Source: an uncultured Chitinophagaceae bacterium
GTDB taxonomy: Bacteria; Bacteroidota; Ignavibacteria; UBA10030; UBA8401
NCBI GenBank assembly: GCA_964355925.1
Contig: CAYHFN010000011.1
Span: 9,986-73,985 of the forward strand
Reading direction: 5' to 3'
DNA length: 64,000 bases
The notes beneath the pieces were generated by a model. The model worked only from the letters and a program-made list of their open reading frames with translations, had not been told where the DNA came from and did not search any database. Made by a program: the position numbers and the translations under genes. Below, piece after piece: positions 51,999-61,236 of the stretch (position 1 is the first letter of the stretch; every line of letters begins with the position of its first letter).

Positions 51999-52193
51999 TT
52001 AATCGTGATGTTCCGCGGGAGTCAATCCTTCAGCGCCGGGAAGTTTTCCAACAAGCATCTGCGGATTGTGGATAAGCACCGGCAAATGCTGCGGACAAAT
52101 ATGGTACATTTTATTTTGAAAGATAAGAGCGATCAATGGAATCTCTTCCTGTGTTCGCTGGCAGGCAACGCATGATGGTTGTTGTGGAGGCAT
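51999..52193 (-). CDS. Possible small Cys-containing protein (hypothetical)
   Basis: 64-aa ORF with C-x2-C (SCVACQ) and C-x2-H (ICPQH) spacing. It sits in a gene-dense, same-strand context with no overlapping larger ORF. Confidence 0.3.
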   Translation of the reverse strand: MPPQQPSCVACQRTQEEIPLIALIFQNKMYHICPQHLPVLIHNPQMLVGKLPGAEGLTPAEHHD

Positions 52194-52240
52194 AGTACCC
52201 TACGGGTGTTCAATGAATGAAAATATAACGTATTTGTTAA

Positions 52241-52900
52241 TTATGTGGAAACTTTTTCTGTTCTATTCTTATCGATCCACCACGCCCAGAGTACAAACAA
52301 CCATGTTGCATTTCCTGCTATGGCTATCATATCAACAGTTGGCGGAGGAGGACCAAAAAGATTTCCAAGATGAATAACAACTAGAAACATCATTAACGCA
52401 ACAAGTGAATATGTCCCGGTTTTGTTCTTTGCTGTAGTGGATGTGAAATACAAATATGAACCAAGTCCGAACAAACCGAACTCGACAATCATCGTCCCTG
52501 AAAAACTATTCCATAACCCCAACCCGAATTTCATCGATCCATTATTGAACAGCGGAAGATCGGGACGATGCGTGATAAAATCGAGGATCCAATGACTGAA
52601 AACAACGCCGCTGACGATAAACGATTCTTTCGGTAGTCTTCTTCTAAAGTAATACAATGCACCAAACAATAAAGACCAACCAATTGCACCGATCAAGCTA
52701 TGCGTAAGAGGATAGTCGTAAAAATCGAGCGGAGTAACAACAGTGTTGCCGATTTCAATTCTTGCGTGTTCCAATCCAAACAATAAGAAGATCGGCCACA
52801 AAAGATCGACCAATTGTGAAGCGGCAAATAGTATTGCGAGCGAAGTTTTTGGTGCAGCTTTTTTTGCCGCTAAGGCTACAGCAAAATGTCCGATGAACAT
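52241..52900 (-). CDS. YdjM/DUF457-family membrane-bound metal-dependent hydrolase
   Basis: 219 aa. The N-terminus MFIGHFAVA and the conserved His/Asp within transmembrane helices (HWILDFITHRPD) are characteristic of DUF457. Confidence 0.65.
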   Translation of the reverse strand: MFIGHFAVALAAKKAAPKTSLAILFAASQLVDLLWPIFLLFGLEHARIEIGNTVVTPLDFYDYPLTHSLIGAIGWSLLFGALYYFRRRLPKESFIVSGVVFSHWILDFITHRPDLPLFNNGSMKFGLGLWNSFSGTMIVEFGLFGLGSYLYFTSTTAKNKTGTYSLVALMMFLVVIHLGNLFGPPPPTVDMIAIAGNATWLFVLWAWWIDKNRTEKVST

Positions 52901-52911
52901 AGTTTCTCCAA

Positions 52912-53373
52912 TTATTCGTTGATCATTCTTGTCATTAAGATACGATGATGATCTTTAAATTGAAATGCTCGATATAAGTTCAAAGCTTTTTCATTATGCT
53001 GTTCCACTTCCAAATGCAATGCTGTAATTTTTAGTTTTTTAGCTTCTTCCGTAACATATTCTATCACCTTTTTTCCAATTCCTTTTCCGCGATATTCTTT
53101 TTCAAGATAGAATTCATCAACAAACGCGTTACGACCGCCGAATTCGAAACAAAAATCATATGCTAAAACAATGTATCCAATCACTACTTGATCTATTGAG
53201 ATCAGCCAGATCCGGCCAAGATGATCGTGTGGAATGAATTCAAATAATGCTTTTTTTGTCCTCTCGTATTGAAAATCGTACCTGTCAATCGAATAGAATT
53301 TTTTCATGAACTGAAGAATTGTTTCTATCTCATTAAGAGAGGCTATAGTAAGAGAAGGTATTGGGTCATTCAT
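52912..53373 (-). CDS. GNAT-family N-acetyltransferase
   Basis: 153 aa. Acetyl-CoA-binding motif A is RGKGIGKKVIEYVTEEAKKL. Confidence 0.75.
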   Translation of the reverse strand: MNDPIPSLTIASLNEIETILQFMKKFYSIDRYDFQYERTKKALFEFIPHDHLGRIWLISIDQVVIGYIVLAYDFCFEFGGRNAFVDEFYLEKEYRGKGIGKKVIEYVTEEAKKLKITALHLEVEQHNEKALNLYRAFQFKDHHRILMTRMINE

Positions 53374-53386
53374 AGTCGCTCAATAT

Positions 53387-54520
53387 TTATTGTAACACCA
53401 TTTTTAAAAAGTATTTTACTGCAAATCTGCTCACTTGTCCGCCGGGACCATTGAAGTTAAAGTCAAATGCGTGTGTTCCCCACGGCAATTCGAGATAAAG
53501 ATTTGGAATGGAACGTTCCGTCAATTTTTTAGAAAGCCGCTCGCTTTGTTTATACCATGTGAGCGGATCTTTTGCGCCATGTATGAGCAGCGTCGGTGGC
53601 GTTGTTGATGAAACATGATTGTACGATGATGCATCATCATAATTTGGGCTGGCGGATTGTTGCGGACCGCCGAGATAGTTTTCCAACAATGTTTTTGAAT
53701 CGAGGATGTCCGGTTCCGGCGAAAGGTGTTCGTATGCAAAATTGAGATCGGCCGGTGTATAGAATGCGATACATCCTTTGATGGATGAATCGTTTGCAGA
53801 ATATGCAACAGCCTCTGCAATCTGTCCGCCGGCAGAACGGCCGAAAAGAACAAAGCGGGATGAATCGATCCCTAATTTCTCCGCATTCTTTTTTAAGAAC
53901 GACATCGCAGCAAACGCATCTTCCTTTTGTGCGGGCCATTTCCATTTCGGCGCAAACCGGTACGAGATTGCCGCAACGGCATATCCGCGCGATGCAAGAT
54001 AATGATTCATTGTTTCAAATTCGTCGGGACTTCCACTGTCCCATCCTCCGGTGTGAATAACGATGATACATGGCGCAGGTTTTTCAGATTGTGTTCGAAA
54101 GAAATTGAAATACATTTCTTCTCCACCGCGAAGGGCATACATAATTCTTTCTTTTTGAATGTTCTGAATCGGCGAACCGAACCATAATCGATTCCATTCA
54201 AAAGCAGACCATAAAAGATTTTGATTTTCATTTTTGCCAAATGATTTTTCTAATCGTTCAGGGAGCGAGCGAGCAATTGTCATTGCAGAAAAACTTGGAA
54301 ACATGAGGATTGCAATTGTCAAAAGTGAAATGACTGTTGCTGTTCCGTATAATGGATTTTGAAACCGGCAACACAATATAATCGCAAGAGGAAGAATACA
54401 AAACCAATGTCCAAACTCAGTAGTGATGATTGAAATTTTCCATAACAACACGATTGAGAGATGAAAGAAAACGAGTATAGAACAGCAGAAGAGTAATACC
54501 GAAAGAAGCAACAATATCAT
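53387..54520 (-). CDS. Alpha/beta-hydrolase-fold esterase with N-terminal membrane anchor
   Basis: 377 aa. HTGGW is an oxyanion-hole HGG-type motif. The nucleophile elbow is GRSAGG. Asp and His lie downstream (IHGAKDP, WGTHAF). Confidence 0.75.
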   Translation of the reverse strand: MILLLLSVLLFCCSILVFFHLSIVLLWKISIITTEFGHWFCILPLAIILCCRFQNPLYGTATVISLLTIAILMFPSFSAMTIARSLPERLEKSFGKNENQNLLWSAFEWNRLWFGSPIQNIQKERIMYALRGGEEMYFNFFRTQSEKPAPCIIVIHTGGWDSGSPDEFETMNHYLASRGYAVAAISYRFAPKWKWPAQKEDAFAAMSFLKKNAEKLGIDSSRFVLFGRSAGGQIAEAVAYSANDSSIKGCIAFYTPADLNFAYEHLSPEPDILDSKTLLENYLGGPQQSASPNYDDASSYNHVSSTTPPTLLIHGAKDPLTWYKQSERLSKKLTERSIPNLYLELPWGTHAFDFNFNGPGGQVSRFAVKYFLKMVLQ

Positions 54521-54546
54521 AAATTTCTAACTTCCAGAAGGTATCG

Positions 54547-55062
54547 TTAGAGTTTCAATTCCATATACACAACCTCATCCATCGGATTGTTGTAATATGC
54601 GGGAATAACGGTGAATCCAAGTTTTTTATAGAGCGATCGTGCAGTTTCCATACGCTGAAGGGTATCCAACCGCATTGTATGATAACCGATCTCTTTTGCA
54701 TCGGTAAGTATTTTTTCTGTAAGAATTCTGCCGATCTTTTGTCCGCGAAATTCCTCACGTACAAACAGACGTTTCATTTCGCAGACTCTCTCGTCAGCCA
54801 TCGGGCGTAATGCAACGCATCCTGCAACAACATTATCAACTTCGGCAAGATATATTCTTCCATTCGGAGGAGCATATTTTCCGGGAAGCGATGCGAGTTC
54901 CTGATCGAATCCTTGAAAGCAGAGTGAAAAATTCAACCAGTGTTGATATTCAAGAAACAACGAACGAGTGATCTCTATCTGTTCCGTAGTCGATGCTAAG
55001 CGTATTGTTGTCATATAAAATAGATGCCCGCTAACAATCCGCGGGCATGACAAAGTATTCAC
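54547..55062 (-). CDS. GNAT-family N-acetyltransferase
   Basis: 171 aa with motif A RGQKIGRILTEKILTDAKEIG. Confidence 0.75.
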   Translation of the reverse strand: MNTLSCPRIVSGHLFYMTTIRLASTTEQIEITRSLFLEYQHWLNFSLCFQGFDQELASLPGKYAPPNGRIYLAEVDNVVAGCVALRPMADERVCEMKRLFVREEFRGQKIGRILTEKILTDAKEIGYHTMRLDTLQRMETARSLYKKLGFTVIPAYYNNPMDEVVYMELKL

Positions 55063-55074
55063 TCAATGGATCGT

Positions 55075-56700
55075 TTAATGTCCGTGATCGTCTCCGTGTT
55101 CATCTTCAAAACCGCGTGTTGCACCCTGCGGTGTCGGAGGCATTGACGGTTTCCGCGGAAGTTTCTCATCGCGCATTGCTGCGTTGTAGGCGAATGCAGC
55201 CATCAGTATCGCCGCTTGTTTCATATCGTCTTCCTGAGCGCGGTCCCACACATCCATTGTGGAATGCCAGGTGCGTGTTCCGTATTCGATCGGATCCTGA
55301 ATGAACTGGAATCCGGGTAGTCCGACACCGTCAAATGATTGATGATCTGTTCCCCCGGTATTCATCGGTGTAATGGTTGTTGCGCCGAGATCTTTGAAGG
55401 GAGCAAGCCATGCGCGGAAGATCGGACGAAGCTGTTCATTTCCCTGCATATAAATTCCGCGGACTTTTCCTGTACCATTATCGTTGTTGAAATATGCGGC
55501 GAACTTATCCGCTTCCGGTTTTAAAGTATCTTTCACACCAAAATGTCTGTTCACATATCCGCGTGAACCGAGCAATCCCTGCTCTTCACCTCCCCATAAT
55601 GCGGCACGAATTGTTCTGCGGGGTTGTGCGCCAATTGTTTTTAAGATTCGCATCGCTTCCATCACTGCGGTCGAACCGGTTCCGTCATCGGTTGCACCTG
55701 TTCCGCCATGCCACGAATCCAAATGTCCGCCGATGATCACTACTTCGTCTTTCAAATCAGTACCTGGAATTTCAGCAATCACGTTGTAGCTAGAATCATC
55801 CTTTGCGGACATCTCCACATCAAGTTTAACGGCTAGTTTCACCTTCTCTCCCTTTTGAACCATTCGTACCAAACGATTATAATGTTCAGCTCCCACTTCG
55901 ATCTGTGTAGGAACTTTTGGTGCTTTTGCGCTGAAGATTGCAACGCGGGGAGAATCGGGATGTACGGGAACGGTTGCACCCATCACAAACACACTTCCAC
56001 CTTCATTACGCTGAGCGGCGGCGCTTGTAAGTACAGCAGCCGGATTTTCTTTTATCAGCAATTCCCATTTCTTGAAATTGACCAGTGCTGCTTGCTTTTG
56101 TTGTTGAGATAGTTGGAAATTACCTCTGCCTCCCCTGCCCGGTACGGGTGGTTCCGCATTTGCCATTTGCAATAACGATGAATCCGGAGTCCGTGCTGCC
56201 GGTGGTGTAAAATATGCATTCAATTTATTTGGTTTGGTGAAGAGAACATATTTGCCTTTCAGTTTACCTTTATATGCTTCTATCTGATCGAGAGAATCTG
56301 CATCAAAGTAAATTACTTCGCTGACAACTTCTCCTTTTAATCCGGGAGACCATGCTTTCGGATACGAAATAAGCGGCTGTGTTTGTCTGCCGACAAGTGT
56401 GGCGGAAAATTCTTTCAGCTTCCAGCTCTTTCCGAATGGACCCCACGATTCAAGATGAGAATTCTCGATTCCCATTTCAGTGAATTTATTCTTCGCCCAG
56501 TTCGCAGCATTATTATATTCCTGTGAACCGGTAAGACGCGGACCGTACACATCGGCAATCCACGACAAGATCTCTGTTGCCTGCGAACGATTCCATCCTT
56601 CGTCTCGGATCTTTGCCATCATTGCGCTGTCAACTTTTTCCTGCGCCGCGCTGAGTTGAATGAACATCAATGCAACAACAAAACGGATACCATGTTTCAT
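55075..56700 (-). CDS. Secreted M28-family Zn aminopeptidase with PA domain
   Basis: 541 aa. Signal peptide. M28 metal ligands are HLDSWHGGTGATDDGTG ... EEQGLLGS. His/Asp-rich C-terminal tail (EDEHGDDHGH). Confidence 0.8.
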   Translation of the reverse strand: MKHGIRFVVALMFIQLSAAQEKVDSAMMAKIRDEGWNRSQATEILSWIADVYGPRLTGSQEYNNAANWAKNKFTEMGIENSHLESWGPFGKSWKLKEFSATLVGRQTQPLISYPKAWSPGLKGEVVSEVIYFDADSLDQIEAYKGKLKGKYVLFTKPNKLNAYFTPPAARTPDSSLLQMANAEPPVPGRGGRGNFQLSQQQKQAALVNFKKWELLIKENPAAVLTSAAAQRNEGGSVFVMGATVPVHPDSPRVAIFSAKAPKVPTQIEVGAEHYNRLVRMVQKGEKVKLAVKLDVEMSAKDDSSYNVIAEIPGTDLKDEVVIIGGHLDSWHGGTGATDDGTGSTAVMEAMRILKTIGAQPRRTIRAALWGGEEQGLLGSRGYVNRHFGVKDTLKPEADKFAAYFNNDNGTGKVRGIYMQGNEQLRPIFRAWLAPFKDLGATTITPMNTGGTDHQSFDGVGLPGFQFIQDPIEYGTRTWHSTMDVWDRAQEDDMKQAAILMAAFAYNAAMRDEKLPRKPSMPPTPQGATRGFEDEHGDDHGH

Positions 56701-56734
56701 ATTTCTCCTAAAAAGAATGTTAAAAATTTTCTAT

Positions 56735-57235
56735 TTATTGCGGCTGTTGTTGTTGAAGCGAATCCGTCGGCACTGTTGTTCCTGTCGTTTTTTTCTGGAC
56801 TGGTTCAACAAGCGAGTTCACAAAATCTTTTCTCATGTTCGTGGCTACGCGCACGTCGGATCCGTTCAGCCAGATCTTTCCGTCCCAGATCCGTGATTCG
56901 ATCTTGTATTCTACTTTCTTTCTGTCCGGGGTGAACTTAGCAACGATTCGGACCTGATATTTATCATTCGCCAGATCTTCGGTAAAATAGGAAGGACCGT
57001 ATGCCGACCGCACATATCCATCTTCTTTGGAGATCATTTCCAATTCGAACTTCTTCGTAACGATGTAGATAACACGCTGCCATGCGTCATCATATTTGAT
57101 GGATTGTTTTACATCCACCACTTCCCAATACTGTTTCGTCATTCGCATAAAAGATTCCGGCGCTCCGGTTCCGCAGCCGCTGAACAGTGCTGATGAAGCG
57201 ATCAACAGCAAACCAATAGTGTAAATATTTTTCAT
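56735..57235 (-). CDS. Hypothetical lipoprotein
   Basis: 166 aa with signal peptide and lipobox LFSGC. No recognisable domain. Confidence 0.5.
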   Translation of the reverse strand: MKNIYTIGLLLIASSALFSGCGTGAPESFMRMTKQYWEVVDVKQSIKYDDAWQRVIYIVTKKFELEMISKEDGYVRSAYGPSYFTEDLANDKYQVRIVAKFTPDRKKVEYKIESRIWDGKIWLNGSDVRVATNMRKDFVNSLVEPVQKKTTGTTVPTDSLQQQQPQ

Positions 57236-57270
57236 TGCGGTTTTTCCTCTGCAATAGTATGTGTTTAATT

Positions 57271-57681
57271 TTAATCAGGATAGTGAAACTGGATGTCAAG
57301 TTCAACATCGGGGTGCAAACTTTTTACGACGGGACAATTGTGCCCAATGGATTCAGTTTTTACTCTATATTCTTTTGGAATCCCCGCTGTCATTTCAAGC
57401 TTGGCAACAAGTTTAGCGATCTTTCTCGGCGGTGTGGTGGTCATATGTTTTTCGATCGCAATTGTAGTGCCGGCAAGCTGAACACCATCCTTTTGTGCCG
57501 CAATTCCCATTGTTGTGATCATACATGTGCCAAGCGCGGTTGCAACAAGGTCTGTTGGAGAAAAACTTTCTCCTTTTCCCTGGTTATCAATCGGCGCATC
57601 GGTTATGAATTGCACGCCGCTCTTATCGTGTGTTGCAATGCAGCGCAGTTCACCGTTATATGCTATTGAAATTGGAACCAT
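57271..57681 (-). CDS. OsmC/Ohr-family peroxiredoxin-like protein
   Basis: 136 aa with two conserved Cys regions (LGTCMITTM and GHNCPV) typical of OsmC. Confidence 0.75.
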   Translation of the reverse strand: MVPISIAYNGELRCIATHDKSGVQFITDAPIDNQGKGESFSPTDLVATALGTCMITTMGIAAQKDGVQLAGTTIAIEKHMTTTPPRKIAKLVAKLEMTAGIPKEYRVKTESIGHNCPVVKSLHPDVELDIQFHYPD

Positions 57682-57701
57682 AGTTTTTCCCTTGGCAATG
57701 A

Positions 57702-58661
57702 TTATTCTTTTTCAAAATCAATATTACTGCGATATTCCAATCCATTATTGTTTGCTCGAACAGAAGACTTGCTGAAGCGTAAATATCGTTTTACAAAATT
57801 CAAACGCTCGCTTCCGTATTGAGCTGCCGGAAGAGGAAAGACAATTTCAGAACGTAATGCCGATGGAATCAGAACCGGTCTGATAAGATCGGTTGCCTGC
57901 AGCGGAATCTCTTTATAATACGGAATGTTCCAGCCAAGCAGCGATATCGTCACTTTCGATTTTAATATCACCGTTTTGGGGATCGGTGCCAATTTGATAT
58001 AATCCGAATCTGCAGCAGAAACATTGAATTGCACTTCTTCATCAAGATAAAAACGAACCTGAGGGGTTGAATGTGCTGAGACTCCCGTATATTTTCCGGA
58101 AACGCCGATCGAACCGGTCCCTTCTATTTCAATTTGTGCGTTAATGAGATTATTGGAAAACGAAGTAAAGAGGAATTTTTTGAGATCAATATTGAACGCA
58201 CCAGTATCAACATCGACGAAATTCGTAAAGCCGATTCCAAATACCGATTTATCTTCTTTCCACAATGGACGCGTTGGTAAAAAATTGATATGAATATCGG
58301 TAAGAGTGCGATTGGCAACGCGCGATAGTAGCATATTGATCGCCGATACTCTTGTTCGAGAAATAAGATCGTGTCCGCCGGGAAGCGTCTTTGTTTGTTG
58401 ATCGATCAATGCGGTGAGAGAATCTAACCTTGGTTTTATCTCCACAATCTTATTTTGTGATTCTTTTTTTGAAGGAATATTGACGGATGAACCGCAGCCG
58501 ATAAGAATAATGCTTAATGCAAGACCACAAACTAATAAAATGCTTCGACGCAGCGCCGATTGACACCCATCCTGAGTAAATCCCAACGTTGTTAGTTGGG
58601 ATGCATCGAAGGATTTATGGATAACGGCGCTTTGCTCAGCATGAACGTTAATCGTTATCAT
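57702..58661 (-). CDS. Hypothetical secreted/lipoprotein (unknown family)
   Basis: 319 aa. An internal signal/lipobox-like segment (RRSILLVCGLALSIILIGC) sits about 36 aa into the ORF, so the true start may be later (possible TTG). ATGA overlap with the upstream gene. Confidence 0.5.
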   Translation of the reverse strand: MITINVHAEQSAVIHKSFDASQLTTLGFTQDGCQSALRRSILLVCGLALSIILIGCGSSVNIPSKKESQNKIVEIKPRLDSLTALIDQQTKTLPGGHDLISRTRVSAINMLLSRVANRTLTDIHINFLPTRPLWKEDKSVFGIGFTNFVDVDTGAFNIDLKKFLFTSFSNNLINAQIEIEGTGSIGVSGKYTGVSAHSTPQVRFYLDEEVQFNVSAADSDYIKLAPIPKTVILKSKVTISLLGWNIPYYKEIPLQATDLIRPVLIPSALRSEIVFPLPAAQYGSERLNFVKRYLRFSKSSVRANNNGLEYRSNIDFEKE

Positions 58662-59476
58662 TTTCCCACCCCAACGTTTTTTACATTCATTGCAAGAAAT
58701 AATTTTTCTTTGAAGATAAGAACTTCTTTTAATGCGAGGGAATATTTCAGCGTATGCGCCGGCGTGGAAATATCCATATTTAATCCTGAGCGGATCTGAA
58801 CGGAGTTTGCCTGAACGGGAAATTGATTGTTGAAGTCGACCGGAAATTGGATCGGCGGAAAGTTATCACTCAGCGTTGATAGTTTTAATGTGACGATGTC
58901 TCGGATGATGCCGTCGAACTGTCCGATCATTCCCCCTGCCTTTATGTTCGGCACAACGTTGAACGGCTCCAACGTTGCATAAAATTTTCCACCGTCTACT
59001 TTAAAACTCAACACACAATCCATCAACAGGTTTACATCAACATCGTATTCGTGATTGAATGCGGAGAGTGATACCGTTGCAATTGATGATCCATTGTATA
59101 GTTTAACACGAATGGTGTGAATATTATATGACGTGAGTGAGTCGATCCATCCCGTAGCGCCATCCAATTGCGACGATGCTTTGTTCAATAACGCTTCGCT
59201 GAAATAAAAAGTAATATCGGCATTGCTGATCGAATCACCATTCGCCAATCGCTGCGAAAGATGCTCTGCTCCGGCAAGACGAACCTCCAGCACTTTTGCT
59301 TCGCGCGCTTTTTGTAATTGTTGTATATCAACATTTGCACCGGCAACAGGACGAAGAATGAAACAGCTGGTAAAAAGCAATGAACAGTGAACAATAAACA
59401 ATGATACAATAAAAAACGGCGCAGTCACACGATTTGAATTGTTTGTGTGCGCGTCATTGTCGAATAATTTATTCAT
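58658..59476 (-). CDS. Hypothetical membrane-anchored/secreted protein (unknown family)
   Basis: 272 aa with an N-terminal hydrophobic anchor. It has weak similarity in pattern to the downstream ORF (possible distant paralog). Confidence 0.5.
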   Translation of the reverse strand: MNKLFDNDAHTNNSNRVTAPFFIVSLFIVHCSLLFTSCFILRPVAGANVDIQQLQKAREAKVLEVRLAGAEHLSQRLANGDSISNADITFYFSEALLNKASSQLDGATGWIDSLTSYNIHTIRVKLYNGSSIATVSLSAFNHEYDVDVNLLMDCVLSFKVDGGKFYATLEPFNVVPNIKAGGMIGQFDGIIRDIVTLKLSTLSDNFPPIQFPVDFNNQFPVQANSVQIRSGLNMDISTPAHTLKYSLALKEVLIFKEKLFLAMNVKNVGVGK

Positions 59477-59480
59477 CAGA

Positions 59481-60110
59481 TCATTTTTTTAATTTATTGC
59501 TGAACTCCTTCTTGAATTTACTCAATTTTGGATTGATTACCATCATGCAATATGGCTGATACGAATTTTGATTGTAATAGTCCTGATGATATTCTTCTGC
59601 TTTATAGAATTCGGTGAACAGAGAAATTTCTGTTACGATCGGATCATCCCAGATTTTTGCAGCATCGGTTTCCTTCTTCACCTGCATAGCGATATTTTTC
59701 TGTTCATCACTGCGATAGAAAATTGCAGAACGATATTGTGTTCCGATATCTGCTCCTTGTTTATTCAAGGTTGTTGGATCGTGGGTTTTAAAAAATACAT
59801 GTAATAGTTCTTTTAACGGCAATATTTTTGGATCGAATGTAACCTGAATAACCTCTGCGTGACCCGTTCTTCCAGTGCAGACTTGTTCGTATGAAGGATT
59901 CTTAACCGATCCACCCGAGTATCCTGATTCTACCTTTTCAACACCTTCAAGGCGTTGATAAATAGCTTCAACGCACCAAAAACATCCGGCGCCAAGGGTC
60001 ACAATTTCAAATTTTTGTTCCATCGCTTTTCCTTTCGTTGATCCTCTATTTTGAGCGGTCAATAAGCCGCCGAATAATAAAATGTATACTATAATAGTAA
60101 TAGATTTCAT
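59481..60110 (-). CDS. msrA: Peptide-methionine (S)-S-oxide reductase, secreted form
   Basis: 209 aa. Signal peptide plus the active-site motif GAGCFWCVEA. Confidence 0.9.
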   Translation of the reverse strand: MKSITIIVYILLFGGLLTAQNRGSTKGKAMEQKFEIVTLGAGCFWCVEAIYQRLEGVEKVESGYSGGSVKNPSYEQVCTGRTGHAEVIQVTFDPKILPLKELLHVFFKTHDPTTLNKQGADIGTQYRSAIFYRSDEQKNIAMQVKKETDAAKIWDDPIVTEISLFTEFYKAEEYHQDYYNQNSYQPYCMMVINPKLSKFKKEFSNKLKK

Positions 60111-60499
60111 TTGTTACCTCCGCATTTAATAACGCTATTTTCTCCCAAAAAATTCTCCCAAAAGGATAACATTTTAAGTTTTATTTACGGCCGGGTTTAA
60201 TACCTCGATGCCTGTCCGAGGGACCACTTTGTAGCGTTGGGGTAATTCATTTTTTTGGAATATAGAAAAAACTCAATTGCCATATCAACACCGAATTATA
60301 TAAAACAAATTAAAAATTTTGTAGACGGAGAACAAAACATATTGAACATCTATCCAAAGGATTGTTCGCTCAGCGTTGGTTCTGATAAACAGCAATAGAA
60401 TGACGTTGATTTGAAAGGTTTGTCTGTTATGAGAAAAATCTAATACAATTGTAGTTGACCGTTACAATCGGAACTCCTATATTTACACCAGCACCATAC

Positions 60500-60546
60500 A
60501 ACCTTGCGAAGGTTTAAAAAAACTCTTTTCTAACCTTCGCAAGGTT
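60500..60546. promoter_or_regulatory. Perfect 15-bp inverted repeat pair with 17-nt spacer upstream of small lipoprotein gene
   Basis: AACCTTGCGAAGGTT at 60500-60514 and its exact reverse complement AACCTTCGCAAGGTT at 60532-60546. Each arm is itself a near-palindrome (AACCTT-NNN-AAGGTT). It lies 35 nt upstream of the ATG at 60581. Confidence 0.6.
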
Positions 60547-60580
60547 TGATACAACGTAAATAGTCAATCGGAGAAATACT

Positions 60581-60856
60581 ATGAAAAAAATCATCATTCT
60601 TATATCATTTGCATTTCTGCTTGCCGGATGCTCAAATGCACCCGTTGCAATGAAATCAGCTAAAAAATATTTTGCACCGGTTAAGACATTTGCTCAGAAA
60701 CCGATGCAAAACAAATCAAAGTTTGCATCGTCTCTTTCCATAGAAAAAGAACTGTCAGAAAAGAACACGATGATCGAACTGTTGACAAAAGAGAACGATC
60801 AATTGCGAACACGGCTGGCAAAATTAGAAAAGAAACTTCAGATCATTCAATCATAA
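60581..60856 (+). CDS. Small lipoprotein with C-terminal coiled-coil (hypothetical)
   Basis: 91 aa. Lipobox LLAGC, GGAG Shine-Dalgarno, heptad-like C-terminus (LLTKENDQLRTRLAKLEKKLQII). A strong terminator follows. Confidence 0.6.
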   Translation: MKKIIILISFAFLLAGCSNAPVAMKSAKKYFAPVKTFAQKPMQNKSKFASSLSIEKELSEKNTMIELLTKENDQLRTRLAKLEKKLQIIQS

Positions 60857-60910
60857 ACAATATTGCTGCACCCTTCTGCTTTTAGCAGAGGTCTGTTACA
60901 AAATGGGGAA

Positions 60911-60950
60911 AACATAACGCCGCTCGATAGAGCGGCGTTATGTTTTTAAA
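60911..60950. terminator. Rho-independent terminator (bidirectional)
   Basis: 14-bp stem ACATAACGCCGCTC / GAGCGGCGTTATGT, GATA loop, trailing TTTTT. Confidence 0.85.
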
Positions 60951-61014
60951 ATATCAGACTGAACCCATATTTTATTTTTTCATTTCTGTCAATTGACTAA
61001 GCGTGGAACGGACA

Positions 61015-61215
61015 TTATTTATTGATGGTACCGTCAATAAATTTTACAGGCAGTGTGATAATTTTCCAAACAAATTTAAGGATTCCATCGACCGCAATAC
61101 CAACAATTCTGAACGGCAGTAGCAACAGCCATACCATAGGATAAATGATTAAGGCAAGAATTGCCAAAGGGGCACTCAGAACAAAAAGTATACACCACAG
61201 CAAAAATTTTACCAT
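61015..61215 (-). CDS. Small two-transmembrane membrane protein (hypothetical)
   Basis: 66 aa with two hydrophobic helices. It is co-directional and closely spaced after the SRAP gene. Confidence 0.4.
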   Translation of the reverse strand: MVKFLLWCILFVLSAPLAILALIIYPMVWLLLLPFRIVGIAVDGILKFVWKIITLPVKFIDGTINK

Positions 61216-61236
61216 TGAGAACCTTTCAAAAAATGT

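Noticed and set aside
60111-60499. Possible small RNA in the 470-bp msrA-lipoprotein intergenic region (for example the GC-rich segment cggccgggtttaatacctcgatgcctgtccgagggacc)
   Set aside because: There is no recognisable conserved structure (tRNA, 6S, SRP, RNase P). Without covariance-model evidence this cannot be supported.
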